Source of the DNA: Deinococcus saxicola
GTDB lineage: Bacteria; Deinococcota; Deinococci; Deinococcales; Deinococcaceae
Reading direction: 5' to 3'
NCBI RefSeq assembly: GCF_050341015.1
Contig: NZ_JBNADV010000007.1
Location: 17,168-41,167 of the forward strand
Length of the DNA: 24,000 nucleotides
Shown here: positions 13,186 to 24,000 of the stretch, one piece after another
How the letters are laid out: each line of letters starts with the position of its first letter
Position numbering within the stretch: position 1 is the stretch's first letter
Translations under genes and position numbers: made by a program
Notes under the pieces: generated by a model
The model's input: the letters and a program-made list of their open reading frames with translations, nothing else
Told to the model about the DNA's origin: nothing
Databases searched by the model: none

Positions 13186-13321
13186 TACGGATTCCGTTTG
13201 TTTCGTTAACAAACCAGCACAGCTCCGGTTTGCCAACTCCACGCCGGGAACCCGTTTCTCTCCTTCTCGCGTCCGCTCGGATTTCCACCGTTCTTGCAAA
13301 CGATTCAAGTCGGAGTCCGTA
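13186..13321 (+). mobile_element. 136-bp modular element, type I-like variant
   Basis: TACGGATTCCGTTTGTTTCGTTAACAAACC...GGTTTGCCAACTCCACGCCGGGAACCCGTT...AAGTCGGAGTCCGTA; TCA at 13183-13185 and 13322-13324. Confidence 0.88.
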
Positions 13322-13338
13322 TCATTCGGAAAAAGTCT

Positions 13339-14187
13339 TTATGTCACCGCGCCGCGCAGGGCCAAAAAGAGCACCAGGATCACCACGGCGATCAGCGCCC
13401 AGCGCAGGCCCTTGAACAACGGATTGCCCGCGAACTGCGCCTTGACCTCGGCGTCGGTGTCCTCCTTGGAGCGTTTCATGCCCAGCCGCTGGCCGCGCCG
13501 GATCGAGCGCACCGCCTCGGCCATCTTGCCCTGTCGGCGCAGCGCCACGCCCAGATTGTGCCAGCCGCCGTCGTAGTCGGGATTCAGGCGGATGACCTCG
13601 CGGTATTTTACCTCGGCCCCGGCATGGTCCCCGCTCTCGATATCCAGATTGCCCAGATTGGTCAGCGCGCGGTAATGCCCGGCATCGGCCTCCAGCGCCT
13701 CCTCGAACAGGGTTCTGGCCCCGGCACTTTCTTCCTGCAAGGCCAGCAGCACGCCCTGAATGTTCAGCGCCTCGGCGCGGGTCAGCGGCTGGGCCAGCGC
13801 GGGGGCCAGCCCGGCGGCCAGCACCCCTGGGTCCGGCTCCTTGAGATGGGCGTTCAGGGCGTCCAGCGCCTCACCCAGCGCGTCTGGATCGGCGGCGCGG
13901 CGCAGCACGCTCAGCTCGCTGGCGTCGGCTTTTCCGGCCAGCGCCTCGCGGTAATCGGCCAGCGCCCGCCGGGCCGAGGGATAGCGCCGCGCCCGCACCG
14001 TCTCCTGAAAGCGGAAGACCGCCTCCAGCGCTTCCTGAACGTCGGGTTCCGATTGTTTCAGGCGCGAGACGGCCAGCGCCCGCCGCCACTCTCCGGCGCG
14101 AATGACCTCATTCAGATCGGGCAGAGCAGCGGGATCGGCAGTGGGCTGAACAGGAGGTTTGCTGGCGGAACGAGCAGGATCAGACAT
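13339..14187 (-). CDS. Tetratricopeptide repeat protein with C-terminal transmembrane segment
   Basis: HYRALTNLGNLDIESGDHAGAEVKYREVIRLNPDYDGGWHNLGVALRRQGKMAEAV TPR signature; C-terminal GLRWALIAVVILVLFLALRGAVT. Confidence 0.82.
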   Translation of the reverse strand: MSDPARSASKPPVQPTADPAALPDLNEVIRAGEWRRALAVSRLKQSEPDVQEALEAVFRFQETVRARRYPSARRALADYREALAGKADASELSVLRRAADPDALGEALDALNAHLKEPDPGVLAAGLAPALAQPLTRAEALNIQGVLLALQEESAGARTLFEEALEADAGHYRALTNLGNLDIESGDHAGAEVKYREVIRLNPDYDGGWHNLGVALRRQGKMAEAVRSIRRGQRLGMKRSKEDTDAEVKAQFAGNPLFKGLRWALIAVVILVLFLALRGAVT

Positions 14188-14363
14188 CTGCGCCGATGAT
14201 AGGCCCCAGCGGGCAGCAGGAGAGGTGTGGGCCTCGCATTCTGGCCTCCGGCCAGAGTTGGAGAGTTCTCCCCCAACAGTTCCGCCACTTGAGCAGGAGA
14301 GGTCAGGCCAGCCGCCCTTCCTCAAATCGGCAGCAGAAAGCTTTCGCATTGGGGCCGCACTTA

Positions 14364-14536
14364 TACGGATTCCGTCTGTTTCGTGCAGAAATCGGGACAG
14401 CGCCGATTGCCACACTCCACGCCCGGAACCCGTTTTTCTTCTGCTCACTGTCTTGTCCAGAACAGCGCCCATGAGGACGCTTGGGCGCCCGTTCGGATTT
14501 CCAAGTGTTTCCAACACCTTTCAATCGGAGTCCGTA
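14364..14536 (+). mobile_element. 173-bp modular element, type II with an expanded central arm; first of an inverted pair
   Basis: TACGGATTCCGTCTGTTTCGTGCAGAAATCGG... with roughly 39 extra nt (CTGTCTTGTCCAGAACAGCGCCCATGAGGACGCTTGGGCGCC) then CCAAGTGTTTCCAACACCTTTCAATCGGAGTCCGTA. Flanked by TTA (14361-14363) and TAA (14537-14539). Confidence 0.88.
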
Positions 14537-14539
14537 TAA

Positions 14540-14673
14540 TACAGACTCCGATTGAATCGTTTGCAAAAACGATGAATATCTGAGCGGAGCGAAAATGAGA
14601 GGAACGGGTTCCGGGCGTGGAGTTGGCAAACTGGCGCTTTCCCAGTTTGTTAACGAAACAGACGGAATCCGTA
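14540..14673 (-). mobile_element. 134-bp modular element, type I; second of an inverted pair
   Basis: TACAGACTCCGATTGAATCGTTTGCAAAAACGAT...GTTGGCAAACTGG..CCAGTTTGTTAACGAAACAGACGGAATCCGTA; TTA at 14674-14676. Confidence 0.9.
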
Positions 14674-14740
14674 TTAGATCATCCCACCAGCAACTCTCAG
14701 ATCAGCGCACCTCCCGGATCAGCGCCGTCTCAACCGAGAG

Positions 14741-15535
14741 TCACCCCTCGCCGGACCACATGCCCTGACGCTTCAAGGCTGCCACCAGCCGGGGTTCTCG
14801 GCCTTCCATACCACCGCCCCCGGCGAAATAGGCCCCCAGCAGTCTGGCCCAGTCGCCGGGCTGGCCATTTCTGGACGCGATGGGATTCATGACGTCCACC
14901 GCGTCGCGGATTTCCTCGTCGGTGCCCGCGTAGTACATGTCGGTGTGGATCACCAGCGGGCGGGGCACGCGGGGGCGGTGGGGCGTGTCCTCGGCGGACT
15001 GGCCGATGGTCAGCGCGGCGAAGGGCAGCACGCCGGGCGGCAGCCCCAGCAGATCAATCATGCCGTCCAGGCCGTTCATGACGCCGCCGATCCAGCAGCC
15101 CTGGTAGCCCAGCATCTCGGCGGCGGTCAGCAGGTTGGTTCCGGCCATCACCGCGTCTCCGATGCCGAAATGCACCGCAATGGCGGGCCAGTGCCCCGGC
15201 GTCTGTCCCGTCACTTCCAGCACCCGCGCCACCCGCCGCACGTCGGCACAGACCACGAACGCTTCAGAGGCAGTGGCGATGTGCGCGTTGGTGGTCAGGG
15301 TGACCATCTGGGCGCGGACCTCCGGGCGGGTCAGGCGCACCAGCGAATACAGTTGCGCGGTGGCGTCGGTGGGCGCACGCTGGGCGGCGTGCAGGATGGC
15401 CTCCAGATGACCAGCAGGCAGCGGCAGCGGCGAGCCGTCCGGGGCGGTCACATACTGGCGAACGGTGCGGTGGGCGTCGTAGAACGCGGTGACTTCTTGG
15501 GCGCTCTGGGTACGGGTGGGCATTGTCGCGGGCAT
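14741..15535 (-). CDS. Nitroreductase family protein (NADPH-dependent oxidoreductase)
   Basis: [17 protein letters not shown]...[26 protein letters not shown]...[35 protein letters not shown]. Start may be 15523. Confidence 0.85.
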   Translation of the reverse strand: MPATMPTRTQSAQEVTAFYDAHRTVRQYVTAPDGSPLPLPAGHLEAILHAAQRAPTDATAQLYSLVRLTRPEVRAQMVTLTTNAHIATASEAFVVCADVRRVARVLEVTGQTPGHWPAIAVHFGIGDAVMAGTNLLTAAEMLGYQGCWIGGVMNGLDGMIDLLGLPPGVLPFAALTIGQSAEDTPHRPRVPRPLVIHTDMYYAGTDEEIRDAVDVMNPIASRNGQPGDWARLLGAYFAGGGGMEGREPRLVAALKRQGMWSGEG

Positions 15536-15708
15536 GGGGGCAGCATAGCGGGCAGGCGGGCGGCGAAGAAAAACAATTCCCACAGCCCGCCGATGCCCGG
15601 ATCAGCTTCTTCTCTTTACGTCTCTGCAAAATTTCTCTGGAAATTGAAATGCCCTGTTCCACTGTCGGCACCGCCGCGCTGATTTCAGGCTGCTGCGACA
15701 GGCAACGC

Positions 15709-16848
<1,140 letters not shown>

Positions 16849-16940
16849 AAAGTGACCGGAGTCTAAGGGTTCCGCCGTGCCGGGAGGTTAGCCGAAAGGT
16901 GTAGGCCGCTCACCTCGCAGCGCCTACGGACTGCCGCAGC

Positions 16941-17564
16941 CTACTTGGTGCCGTAGATCCGGTCCCCCGCATCCCCCAGGCCCGGCACGATGTAGCCGTG
17001 ATCGTTCAGGTGTGAGTCAATGGCGGCGGTCACGATCTCCACGTCCGGGTGATCGCGCTCGATCACGGCGATGCCCTCGGGGGCCGAGAGAATGCACATC
17101 AGCTTGATGGACTGCGCCCCAGCCTCCTTGAGGCTGTCGATGGCCGCGCTGGCACTGCCGCCCGTGGCCAGCATCGGATCGGTCAGAAAGACCCGGCGCT
17201 CGGCAATGTCGGCGGGCAGCTTGTTGTAATACGCCACGGGCTTGAGGGTCTGGGGATCGCGGTACATGCCCAGGTGGCCCACCTTGGCCGCCGGAACCAG
17301 GGCCACGATGGCGTCGGTCATGATCAGCCCGGCGCGCAGAATGGCCACCAGCGCCAGCTTCTTACCCGTCAGCATCGGGAACTCGCCCGTTTCCAGCGGT
17401 GTGGTCAGCGTCTGCGGGGCCAGTTCCAGATCGCGCATGGCCTCGTAGGCCAGCAGCATGCTGATTTCGGCGGCCAGTTCGCGGAATTCCTTGACCCCGG
17501 TGCCGGTATCGCGCATCAGCGAGAGCTTGTGTTGAATCAGGGGATGGGAGACTACCGTGACCAT
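16941..17564 (-). CDS. upp: Uracil phosphoribosyltransferase
   Basis: [42 protein letters not shown]...[10 protein letters not shown]...[18 protein letters not shown]...[14 protein letters not shown]. Alternative start 17576. Confidence 0.96.
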   Translation of the reverse strand: MVTVVSHPLIQHKLSLMRDTGTGVKEFRELAAEISMLLAYEAMRDLELAPQTLTTPLETGEFPMLTGKKLALVAILRAGLIMTDAIVALVPAAKVGHLGMYRDPQTLKPVAYYNKLPADIAERRVFLTDPMLATGGSASAAIDSLKEAGAQSIKLMCILSAPEGIAVIERDHPDVEIVTAAIDSHLNDHGYIVPGLGDAGDRIYGTK

Positions 17565-17676
17565 GGGGCTTACCATATCGCCTCGGCGCGGCGGCACTGG
17601 GATCAAGGGGGGCTGAGCAGAAGGGAGTCTGGACAGGAAGGGTCTGGGCAGGAGAGGAAACAGCAACCGGGGTAGG

Positions 17677-18381
17677 ATGCGCCGCGTGACCGTTCCCGCC
17701 GCCTCCCCACCCATCCCAGCCCTGGAAGCCCGCGAGATTCGCCAGAGTTTCGGTGAGCTGACCGTGCTGCACGGCGTTTCCCTGCGCGTGCAGCCTGGGG
17801 AGGTGGTGGCCGTGACCGGGCCTTCGGGCAGCGGCAAGAGTACGCTGCTGCACCTGCTGGGCGGTCTGGACGTGCCGGACTCCGGCGAGGTCTGGTGGGC
17901 CGGGGAAAGAGCCGACACCCTGGACACGCAGGCGCGGGCGCTGCGGCGGGCCGGGCGGGTGGGCCTGGTCTTCCAGCACCACTACCTGCTCGAAGACCTG
18001 AACGTGCTGGACAACGTGATGATTCCCTGCCGTCTGGCCGGGCAGGGCGATACGGGCCGCGCCCACGCCCTGCTGGCCCGCGTGGGCCTGTCCGGGCGCG
18101 AGAAGAGCATGCCCGAGGTCCTCAGCGGCGGCGAGCGTCAGCGGGTGGCGGTGGCCCGCGCGCTGGCCTCCGGCCCGGCAGTGGTGCTGGCCGACGAGCC
18201 GACCGGCAGCCTGGACCGCGCCAACGCCACCACCGTGGCCGCCCTGCTGGTGGCCCTGGCCCGCGAGGAAGGTGCGGGCGTGCTGCTCGTCACCCACGAT
18301 GAACGTCTGGCCGGATACGCGGACCGGGCACTGCACCTGCTGGACGGACGCTTCACCGATCAGGAACCTGTTTACGGGTGA
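17677..18381 (+). CDS. ABC transporter ATP-binding protein (LolD/MacB-type)
   Basis: [18 protein letters not shown] Walker [16 protein letters not shown] signature, [12 protein letters not shown] Walker B, VTHD. Confidence 0.93.
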   Translation: MRRVTVPAASPPIPALEAREIRQSFGELTVLHGVSLRVQPGEVVAVTGPSGSGKSTLLHLLGGLDVPDSGEVWWAGERADTLDTQARALRRAGRVGLVFQHHYLLEDLNVLDNVMIPCRLAGQGDTGRAHALLARVGLSGREKSMPEVLSGGERQRVAVARALASGPAVVLADEPTGSLDRANATTVAALLVALAREEGAGVLLVTHDERLAGYADRALHLLDGRFTDQEPVYG

Positions 18382-18484
18382 AGGCTCAAACTTATAGACG
18401 CAGTTTCGCCGCTAGGCGCCCACCCATTGCCCAGAACAGCGAGAAAAAACAGCGGGCCACCTGCGTCGCCGCGCTTTCTGATGC

Positions 18485-18490
18485 CATAAT
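18485..18490 (+). promoter_or_regulatory. Candidate -10 element (CATAAT) directly ahead of asnS, consistent with a leaderless transcript
   Basis: CATAAT-TCCGCGC-ATG: -10-like hexamer 7 nt before the ATG at 18498 and no Shine-Dalgarno in between. Confidence 0.35.
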
Positions 18491-18497
18491 TCCGCGC

Positions 18498-19841
<1,344 letters not shown>

Positions 19842-19847
19842 ACATCA

Positions 19848-19891
19848 GAGGTTCATCGGGGCCTAGATAGGAACGTCCCCCGATGAACCTC
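19848..19891. terminator. 14-bp perfect inverted repeat between convergent asnS and lipid kinase genes
   Basis: GAGGTTCATCGGGG (19848-19861) / CCCCGATGAACCTC (19878-19891), 16-nt loop, no T tract. Confidence 0.6.
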
Positions 19892-19896
19892 CCAAC

Positions 19897-20841
19897 TCAC
19901 CCGTTGAGCAACTTCACCACACCCGCCAACACCCGAACGCGGATCGCCATCACCTGGCCGTGCAGATCACCGTCCAGGTGAATCGGCGTGGGCGCGTCCC
20001 AGCGAATGACCACCTCGCGGCCCTGCGCCGTGTGGACCTGTGGCTGGTCCAGATGGGTGCCGCGCAGCACGCGCAACATCAGCCCCACCAGTTGAAAGCG
20101 GTTCATCGGGCCGCCCGCCACCACGTCCAGCAGGCCGTCGCGTGGGCTGGACTGCGGGCTGATCTGAAAACCGCCGCCGTAGCGCGTGCCGTTCATCACG
20201 GCCACGATGGGACTGAGGCCGCTGTAGAACGGTTGGCCGTCCAGCGTGATCTGCACTTCCGAGAGGTGCAGTTCGCGGACGGTGGCAATGGCAGACCAGG
20301 CATAGCGCACAAAGCCCTGAAAGCGGGCTGGAGCATGGGCCATATTGGCGGTCACCGCAGCGTCGAAACCCAGGCCCAGGCCATTCAGCAACACATGCGT
20401 GCGGCCCGCGCCGTCGCCTTCCAGAATGTGGACCTCCAGCGCGTCCACGTCGCGGGGCTGGAAGGTCAGGCGGTCCAGCGCCTCGGCGAATTGTCCAGTT
20501 TTGAGGCCCAGCATTCCCGCGAAGTCGTTGCCTGTTCCCAGCGGGACCACCGCCAGCGGGCGGCCCGGCCTGTCAGCAACCGAGACCAGCGCAGGCAGCA
20601 GCGCCCCCACCGTGCCGTCTCCCCCCACCGCCAGCACGCCGATGCGGGGTGGGAGGGCCTGGATGCGGGCCAGGGCGTCCTCGCCGCTGTCCTCCAGAAT
20701 CAGCTCGAAGGGCTGGCCGCGCCGCTTCAACTCGGCCTCCAGACGCGGCCACTCGCGCGTCGCCAGCCCCCCGCCCGCGTTGGGGTTGAGGACCACAGCC
20801 AGCGGGGGAACTGAGGATTCAGGTGCGCTCACGTCGGGCAC
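19897..20841 (-). CDS. Diacylglycerol/lipid kinase family protein (YegS/DagK-like)
   Basis: [12 protein letters not shown]...[19 protein letters not shown]...[18 protein letters not shown]...[22 protein letters not shown]. Confidence 0.92.
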   Translation of the reverse strand: MPDVSAPESSVPPLAVVLNPNAGGGLATREWPRLEAELKRRGQPFELILEDSGEDALARIQALPPRIGVLAVGGDGTVGALLPALVSVADRPGRPLAVVPLGTGNDFAGMLGLKTGQFAEALDRLTFQPRDVDALEVHILEGDGAGRTHVLLNGLGLGFDAAVTANMAHAPARFQGFVRYAWSAIATVRELHLSEVQITLDGQPFYSGLSPIVAVMNGTRYGGGFQISPQSSPRDGLLDVVAGGPMNRFQLVGLMLRVLRGTHLDQPQVHTAQGREVVIRWDAPTPIHLDGDLHGQVMAIRVRVLAGVVKLLNG

Positions 20842-20865
20842 ATCATACCCGCTGGGAGCGTAATT

Positions 20866-22002
20866 TCAGCCCCAGTCCTCCGGGCGCTCGATCAGCCCAA
20901 AATGCCACGCGATGGCCCGCGCGATGCGCCCGGCGGCCTGCCCGTCGCCGTAGGGATTGCGGGCCTCGCGCATCCCCTTCAGCGTTTCTGGGCTGTCCAG
21001 CAGGTGATTCAATACCGCTTCGAGCTGTGTAGGGTCATTTCCCGCCAGCTTCAACACACCTGCCTCCAGCCCCTCGGGTCGTTCGGTGACGTTGCGGAGA
21101 ACGGCCACCGGCACGCCCAGCGCCGCACCTTCCTCCTGCAAGCCGCCGCTGTCAGTCGCCAGCAGCACGGAGGCGGCCATCAGCGGGGCCATATCGCTGT
21201 AATCCAGCGGCGCGGTCAGCTCGAAGTTGGGCACACCCTCCAGCACCGGGCGCACCGCCTCCTGCACGGCGGGCGAGAGGTGGACCGGATAGATGAAATG
21301 GTGGTCCGGGTGCGCCTGGGCCACACGCGCCAGCGCCCGCGCCATCTCGCGCATCATCGGCTGGTTCTCGCGGCGGTGCATGGTCACGGTCACCAGGGGC
21401 TGTCCAGCGTCCACCCGCACCTGCCATTCGGGGCGCAGCGGCACGCGCCCGGCCACCTCGCGCACGGCGTCCACAGCGGTCTGCCCGGTGACGAAAATTC
21501 CGGCTTCGGGCTTGCCCTCGCGCAGCAGGTTGGCCTTGCTGCCGGAGGTGGGCGAGAAATCCAGGGCGCTCAGCACGCCCGTCAGGCGGCGGTTGGCCTC
21601 CTCCGGGAAAGGTTCGTGCATGTCTCCGCTCCGCAGCCCAGCCTCGACATGGCCCACCGGAATGCCCTCGTAAAAGGCGGACAGCGCCACGCAGAACGAC
21701 GTGGAGGTATCGCCGTGGACCAGCACCAGATCGGCCTCCATCTCGCGCAGCACGCGCCCAGCCTGCGGCACGATGCGGGCGGTCAGGTCCGCCAGAGTCT
21801 GGCGCTCGGTCATCACGTTCAGGTCCCGGTCCGGGGTCAGGCCAAACACGTTCAGTGCGCCGTCGAGCATCTGGCGCTGTTGGCCGGTGGAGAGGATCAG
21901 CGGCTGCAAACCAGTCTGGGCGGCCACTGCCGCGTAAACGGGGGCCATTTTGGTGGCTTCGGGACGGGTGCCGAAGGCAAGGACAATGCGTTTATCGGTC
22001 AT
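20866..22002 (-). CDS. wecB: UDP-N-acetylglucosamine 2-epimerase (non-hydrolysing)
   Basis: [17 protein letters not shown]...[18 protein letters not shown]...VHGDTSTSF...[25 protein letters not shown]...[36 protein letters not shown]. Confidence 0.96.
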   Translation of the reverse strand: MTDKRIVLAFGTRPEATKMAPVYAAVAAQTGLQPLILSTGQQRQMLDGALNVFGLTPDRDLNVMTERQTLADLTARIVPQAGRVLREMEADLVLVHGDTSTSFCVALSAFYEGIPVGHVEAGLRSGDMHEPFPEEANRRLTGVLSALDFSPTSGSKANLLREGKPEAGIFVTGQTAVDAVREVAGRVPLRPEWQVRVDAGQPLVTVTMHRRENQPMMREMARALARVAQAHPDHHFIYPVHLSPAVQEAVRPVLEGVPNFELTAPLDYSDMAPLMAASVLLATDSGGLQEEGAALGVPVAVLRNVTERPEGLEAGVLKLAGNDPTQLEAVLNHLLDSPETLKGMREARNPYGDGQAAGRIARAIAWHFGLIERPEDWG

Positions 22003-22122
22003 GGGACTTCCTTGTGAGAGACATCGGAACGCAGGCCGAATTCGGAAGACCAGCGCGGCCTGAAAATGACTGGGTTGGGCGGCGCTGCACGCCAGAAGAA
22101 AGGCGCAGCCATCCGGGCCAGA

Positions 22123-22612
22123 TTACAAGACATTCAGCACGTACAGCCGGTGCCTGCCCTTGAATCCACCAAAACGGGAAGTGAAGCCCTGCCCATATTC
22201 CACGCCCAGACCACAGGCGGCAAACATCCTCAGCCATTCCAGGCGCGAGCGTTCGCCGTGCGGGTGACCGAATTCCAGATTGATCAGCGCGTCGGTCACG
22301 CGGTCCAGACGGCCCGGCGGGGAGTCACCGTTTCCATTCTCCAAAACCAGCACAGGCCCGCAAGACACGCGCGCCGCCTCGCGCAGCACTCTCGCGCAGC
22401 ACCGCCGCCGGATCGGGGCAGTGGTGCAGCACGAAGGCCAGCAGCACAGCGTCAAACGAGCTGTCTGGGAAGAGCAATGTCGAGCCGTCACAAAGCACGC
22501 GCGGCACACCAAATTCACGGCCCAGCCGCGCGGCGATGGGATGTGCCACCAGCCCAGCGGGGCGTAAAGAGCAAAAATCACGCGCGGCCACACCATCACA
22601 CGCCACCATCAC
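22123..22612 (-). pseudogene. Remnant of class I SAM-dependent methyltransferase (5' truncated, frameshifted)
   Basis: Frame 1 ...AARLGREFGVPRVLCDGSTLLFPDSSFDAVLLAFVLHHCPDPAAVLRE; frame 2 AARVSCGPVLVLENGNGDSPPGRLDRVTDALINLEFGHPHGERSRLEWLRMFAACGLGVEYGQGFTSRFGGFKGRHRLYVLNVL*. No Gly-rich SAM motif I found upstream. Confidence 0.75.
22378..22403. repeat. 13-bp tandem duplication causing the methyltransferase frameshift
   Basis: CTCGCGCAGCACT CTCGCGCAGCACC. Deleting one unit gives continuous PDPAAVLREAARVSCGPVLVLE on the minus strand. Confidence 0.85.
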
Positions 22613-23997
22613 ACGCCGCGCCGCTTGATCCCTTTCACAGGCGCGTGGGTCCAGGGATCATCCGGCCAGGGGTGCCGGGGATAGCGGCCCCGCAGATCCT
22701 TGCGAACCTCGAAATACGACGAATTCCAGAAACTCCGCAGGTCCTGCGTGACCTGCACGGGCCGTCCGGCGGGCGACAGCAGATGCAGCAGCACGGGTGT
22801 GCGGCCTCCATTGACGGCGGGCGTCTGCTCAAGCCCGAACAGTTCCTGCAACTTGACGGCCAGGATAGGAGGCGAACCGTCGGCGCGGTATTCCAGCCGG
22901 ATGCGGCTGCCGGTGGGAACGCTCAGGTGTGTGGGCGCGAGGTCTTCGAGTTGCTGAGGCAACGGCCACGGCAGCAGCGCCTGCAATGCGGGCAGGAGGT
23001 TAATGCGCTCCAGGTCTTCCCGCGTGCGCGCCGTACCGAGAGACGGGCCGAGCCAGTCTTCCAGCGTGCCCAGCAGCGCGGCGTCGGAGAGGTTGGGCCA
23101 GTCACCGTCCGGGTGCCAGTGGCGCAGCGACTCCACGCGGGCGCGCAGGCCCGCAGCCTCGCGGGAGAAGGTCAGGAGGTGCAGGCCCTCGGCGCGGATG
23201 GCCCCGGTGAGGGCCTCCACACGCAATTCGGCAGGCAATTCCTTCAGGAGGCGGGTTCCAAGCACCAGCGCCCCCACCCGCCGTTCGTTCTGGGCCAGCA
23301 GGGTTCCAGTTCGGGTGTCCCAGCGCACGCTTTCAGTCCACGCGGCGCGGGCTTCCAGGGCAGACAGGGCCAGGGGAGCCGCCAGATAGATGCGGCCCTC
23401 GGCATTGTTGGGATTCAGGGCGCGGGCGTCCAGATGGGCCACCGCCAGCGCAGCCGCCCCGGCCAGCGCGTCCCCCTCCGGCAGCGCCACGCCCTGACCG
23501 CCCGCCAGCAGGAAGCGGCCCCGCAGGCCGCCGGGCAGCACGTCGCGCGGCAATGCAAGGCGTTCGGGGTAGGCCAGGGCGATCAGTTCACCCAGATCGT
23601 ATGGATCGGCCTCGGCGTCGTCCGCCCGCACGTCCAGCAGACCGCGCCACTGCCTGGCCAGCCGCTCGATGCGCTCCAGCACGGCCACGTCTCCCCTGCC
23701 GCCGTGCCCAGACCGCCATGCCCGCAGCGCCTCCACCCGCTCGGTCAGGTCCGCGCCCGAGCCGGGAGGGAGCGGATCGCGTTCCTCCAGCAGCGCGGCC
23801 AGATCGGCAGCCAGCGGTCCCAGCCCGGCCTCTGTCCCGCCAGTCAGCAGGTGGGCGAGGCGCGGTTGGGTGGGAAAATCCAGCAGACGCTGACCTTCCG
23901 GGGTGACGCGGCCCGTGTCGTCCAGAGCATTCAGGCCGCGCAGCAGGGCGCGGGCCGTTTCCACACGCGGCGCAGGCGGCGCGTCCAGCCACGCCAA
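22609..23997 (-). CDS. hrpB: ATP-dependent helicase HrpB, C-terminal part (gene continues past the right window edge)
   Basis: LNALDDTGRVTPEGQRLLDFPTQPRLAHLL; HrpB C-terminal signature LQELFGLEQTPAVNGGRTPVLLHLLSPAGRPVQVTQDLRSFWNSSYFEVRKDLRGRYPRHPWPDDP. Confidence 0.95.
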   Translation of the reverse strand: MAWLDAPPAPRVETARALLRGLNALDDTGRVTPEGQRLLDFPTQPRLAHLLTGGTEAGLGPLAADLAALLEERDPLPPGSGADLTERVEALRAWRSGHGGRGDVAVLERIERLARQWRGLLDVRADDAEADPYDLGELIALAYPERLALPRDVLPGGLRGRFLLAGGQGVALPEGDALAGAAALAVAHLDARALNPNNAEGRIYLAAPLALSALEARAAWTESVRWDTRTGTLLAQNERRVGALVLGTRLLKELPAELRVEALTGAIRAEGLHLLTFSREAAGLRARVESLRHWHPDGDWPNLSDAALLGTLEDWLGPSLGTARTREDLERINLLPALQALLPWPLPQQLEDLAPTHLSVPTGSRIRLEYRADGSPPILAVKLQELFGLEQTPAVNGGRTPVLLHLLSPAGRPVQVTQDLRSFWNSSYFEVRKDLRGRYPRHPWPDDPWTHAPVKGIKRRGV

Positions 23998-24000
23998 CCC

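Noticed and set aside
13082-14199. Plus-strand ORFs 13082-13576 and 13294-14199 opposite the TPR gene
   Set aside because: Include element sequence and antisense of the TPR gene; composition typical of shadow ORFs.
10565-14673. Possibility that the dispersed repeats form a CRISPR array
   Set aside because: Spacing is kilobases apart or 3 bp, units are 134 bp with internal hairpins, and no cas genes are present.

Overview
High-GC Deinococcus-like chromosomal window (organism inferred from gene content and style only). The supported genes are mostly ordinary. They are: a three-subunit molybdenum hydroxylase operon (2Fe-2S, molybdopterin and FAD subunits; the large subunit carries AYRGAGR) on the minus strand; type II NADH dehydrogenase; Mn/Fe superoxide dismutase; a ClC channel with a C-terminal TrkA_C-like domain; the Nnr NAD(P)H-hydrate repair enzyme; a TPR protein; a nitroreductase-like protein; a WecA/TagO-like transferase; upp; a LolD-like ABC ATPase; asnS; a YegS-like lipid kinase; UDP-GlcNAc 2-epimerase; and the end of hrpB. 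The most interesting signal is a family of short (typically exactly 134 bp) modular palindromic elements: 8 clear copies plus 1 decayed relic. They have imperfect TACGGAYTCCG... termini, 3-bp TNA flanks, a conserved core (CTCCACGCCCGGAACCCGTT), and two hairpins at fixed offsets (19 and 100). The hairpin sequences come in at least two unrelated versions with conserved geometry. Three loci carry adjacent type I/type II pairs sharing one 3-bp junction. One copy interrupts an isoquinoline 1-oxidoreductase-beta-like gene, and in-silico excision with one TCA restores the frame exactly. A pair interrupts a DUF4388-like gene. Other observations are 8-bp and 7-bp periodic inverted repeats in the two spacers of the hydroxylase operon, and two pseudogenes carrying short tandem-duplication frameshifts (10 bp and 13 bp). 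No CRISPR array, rRNA, tRNA or obvious defence island was recognised.
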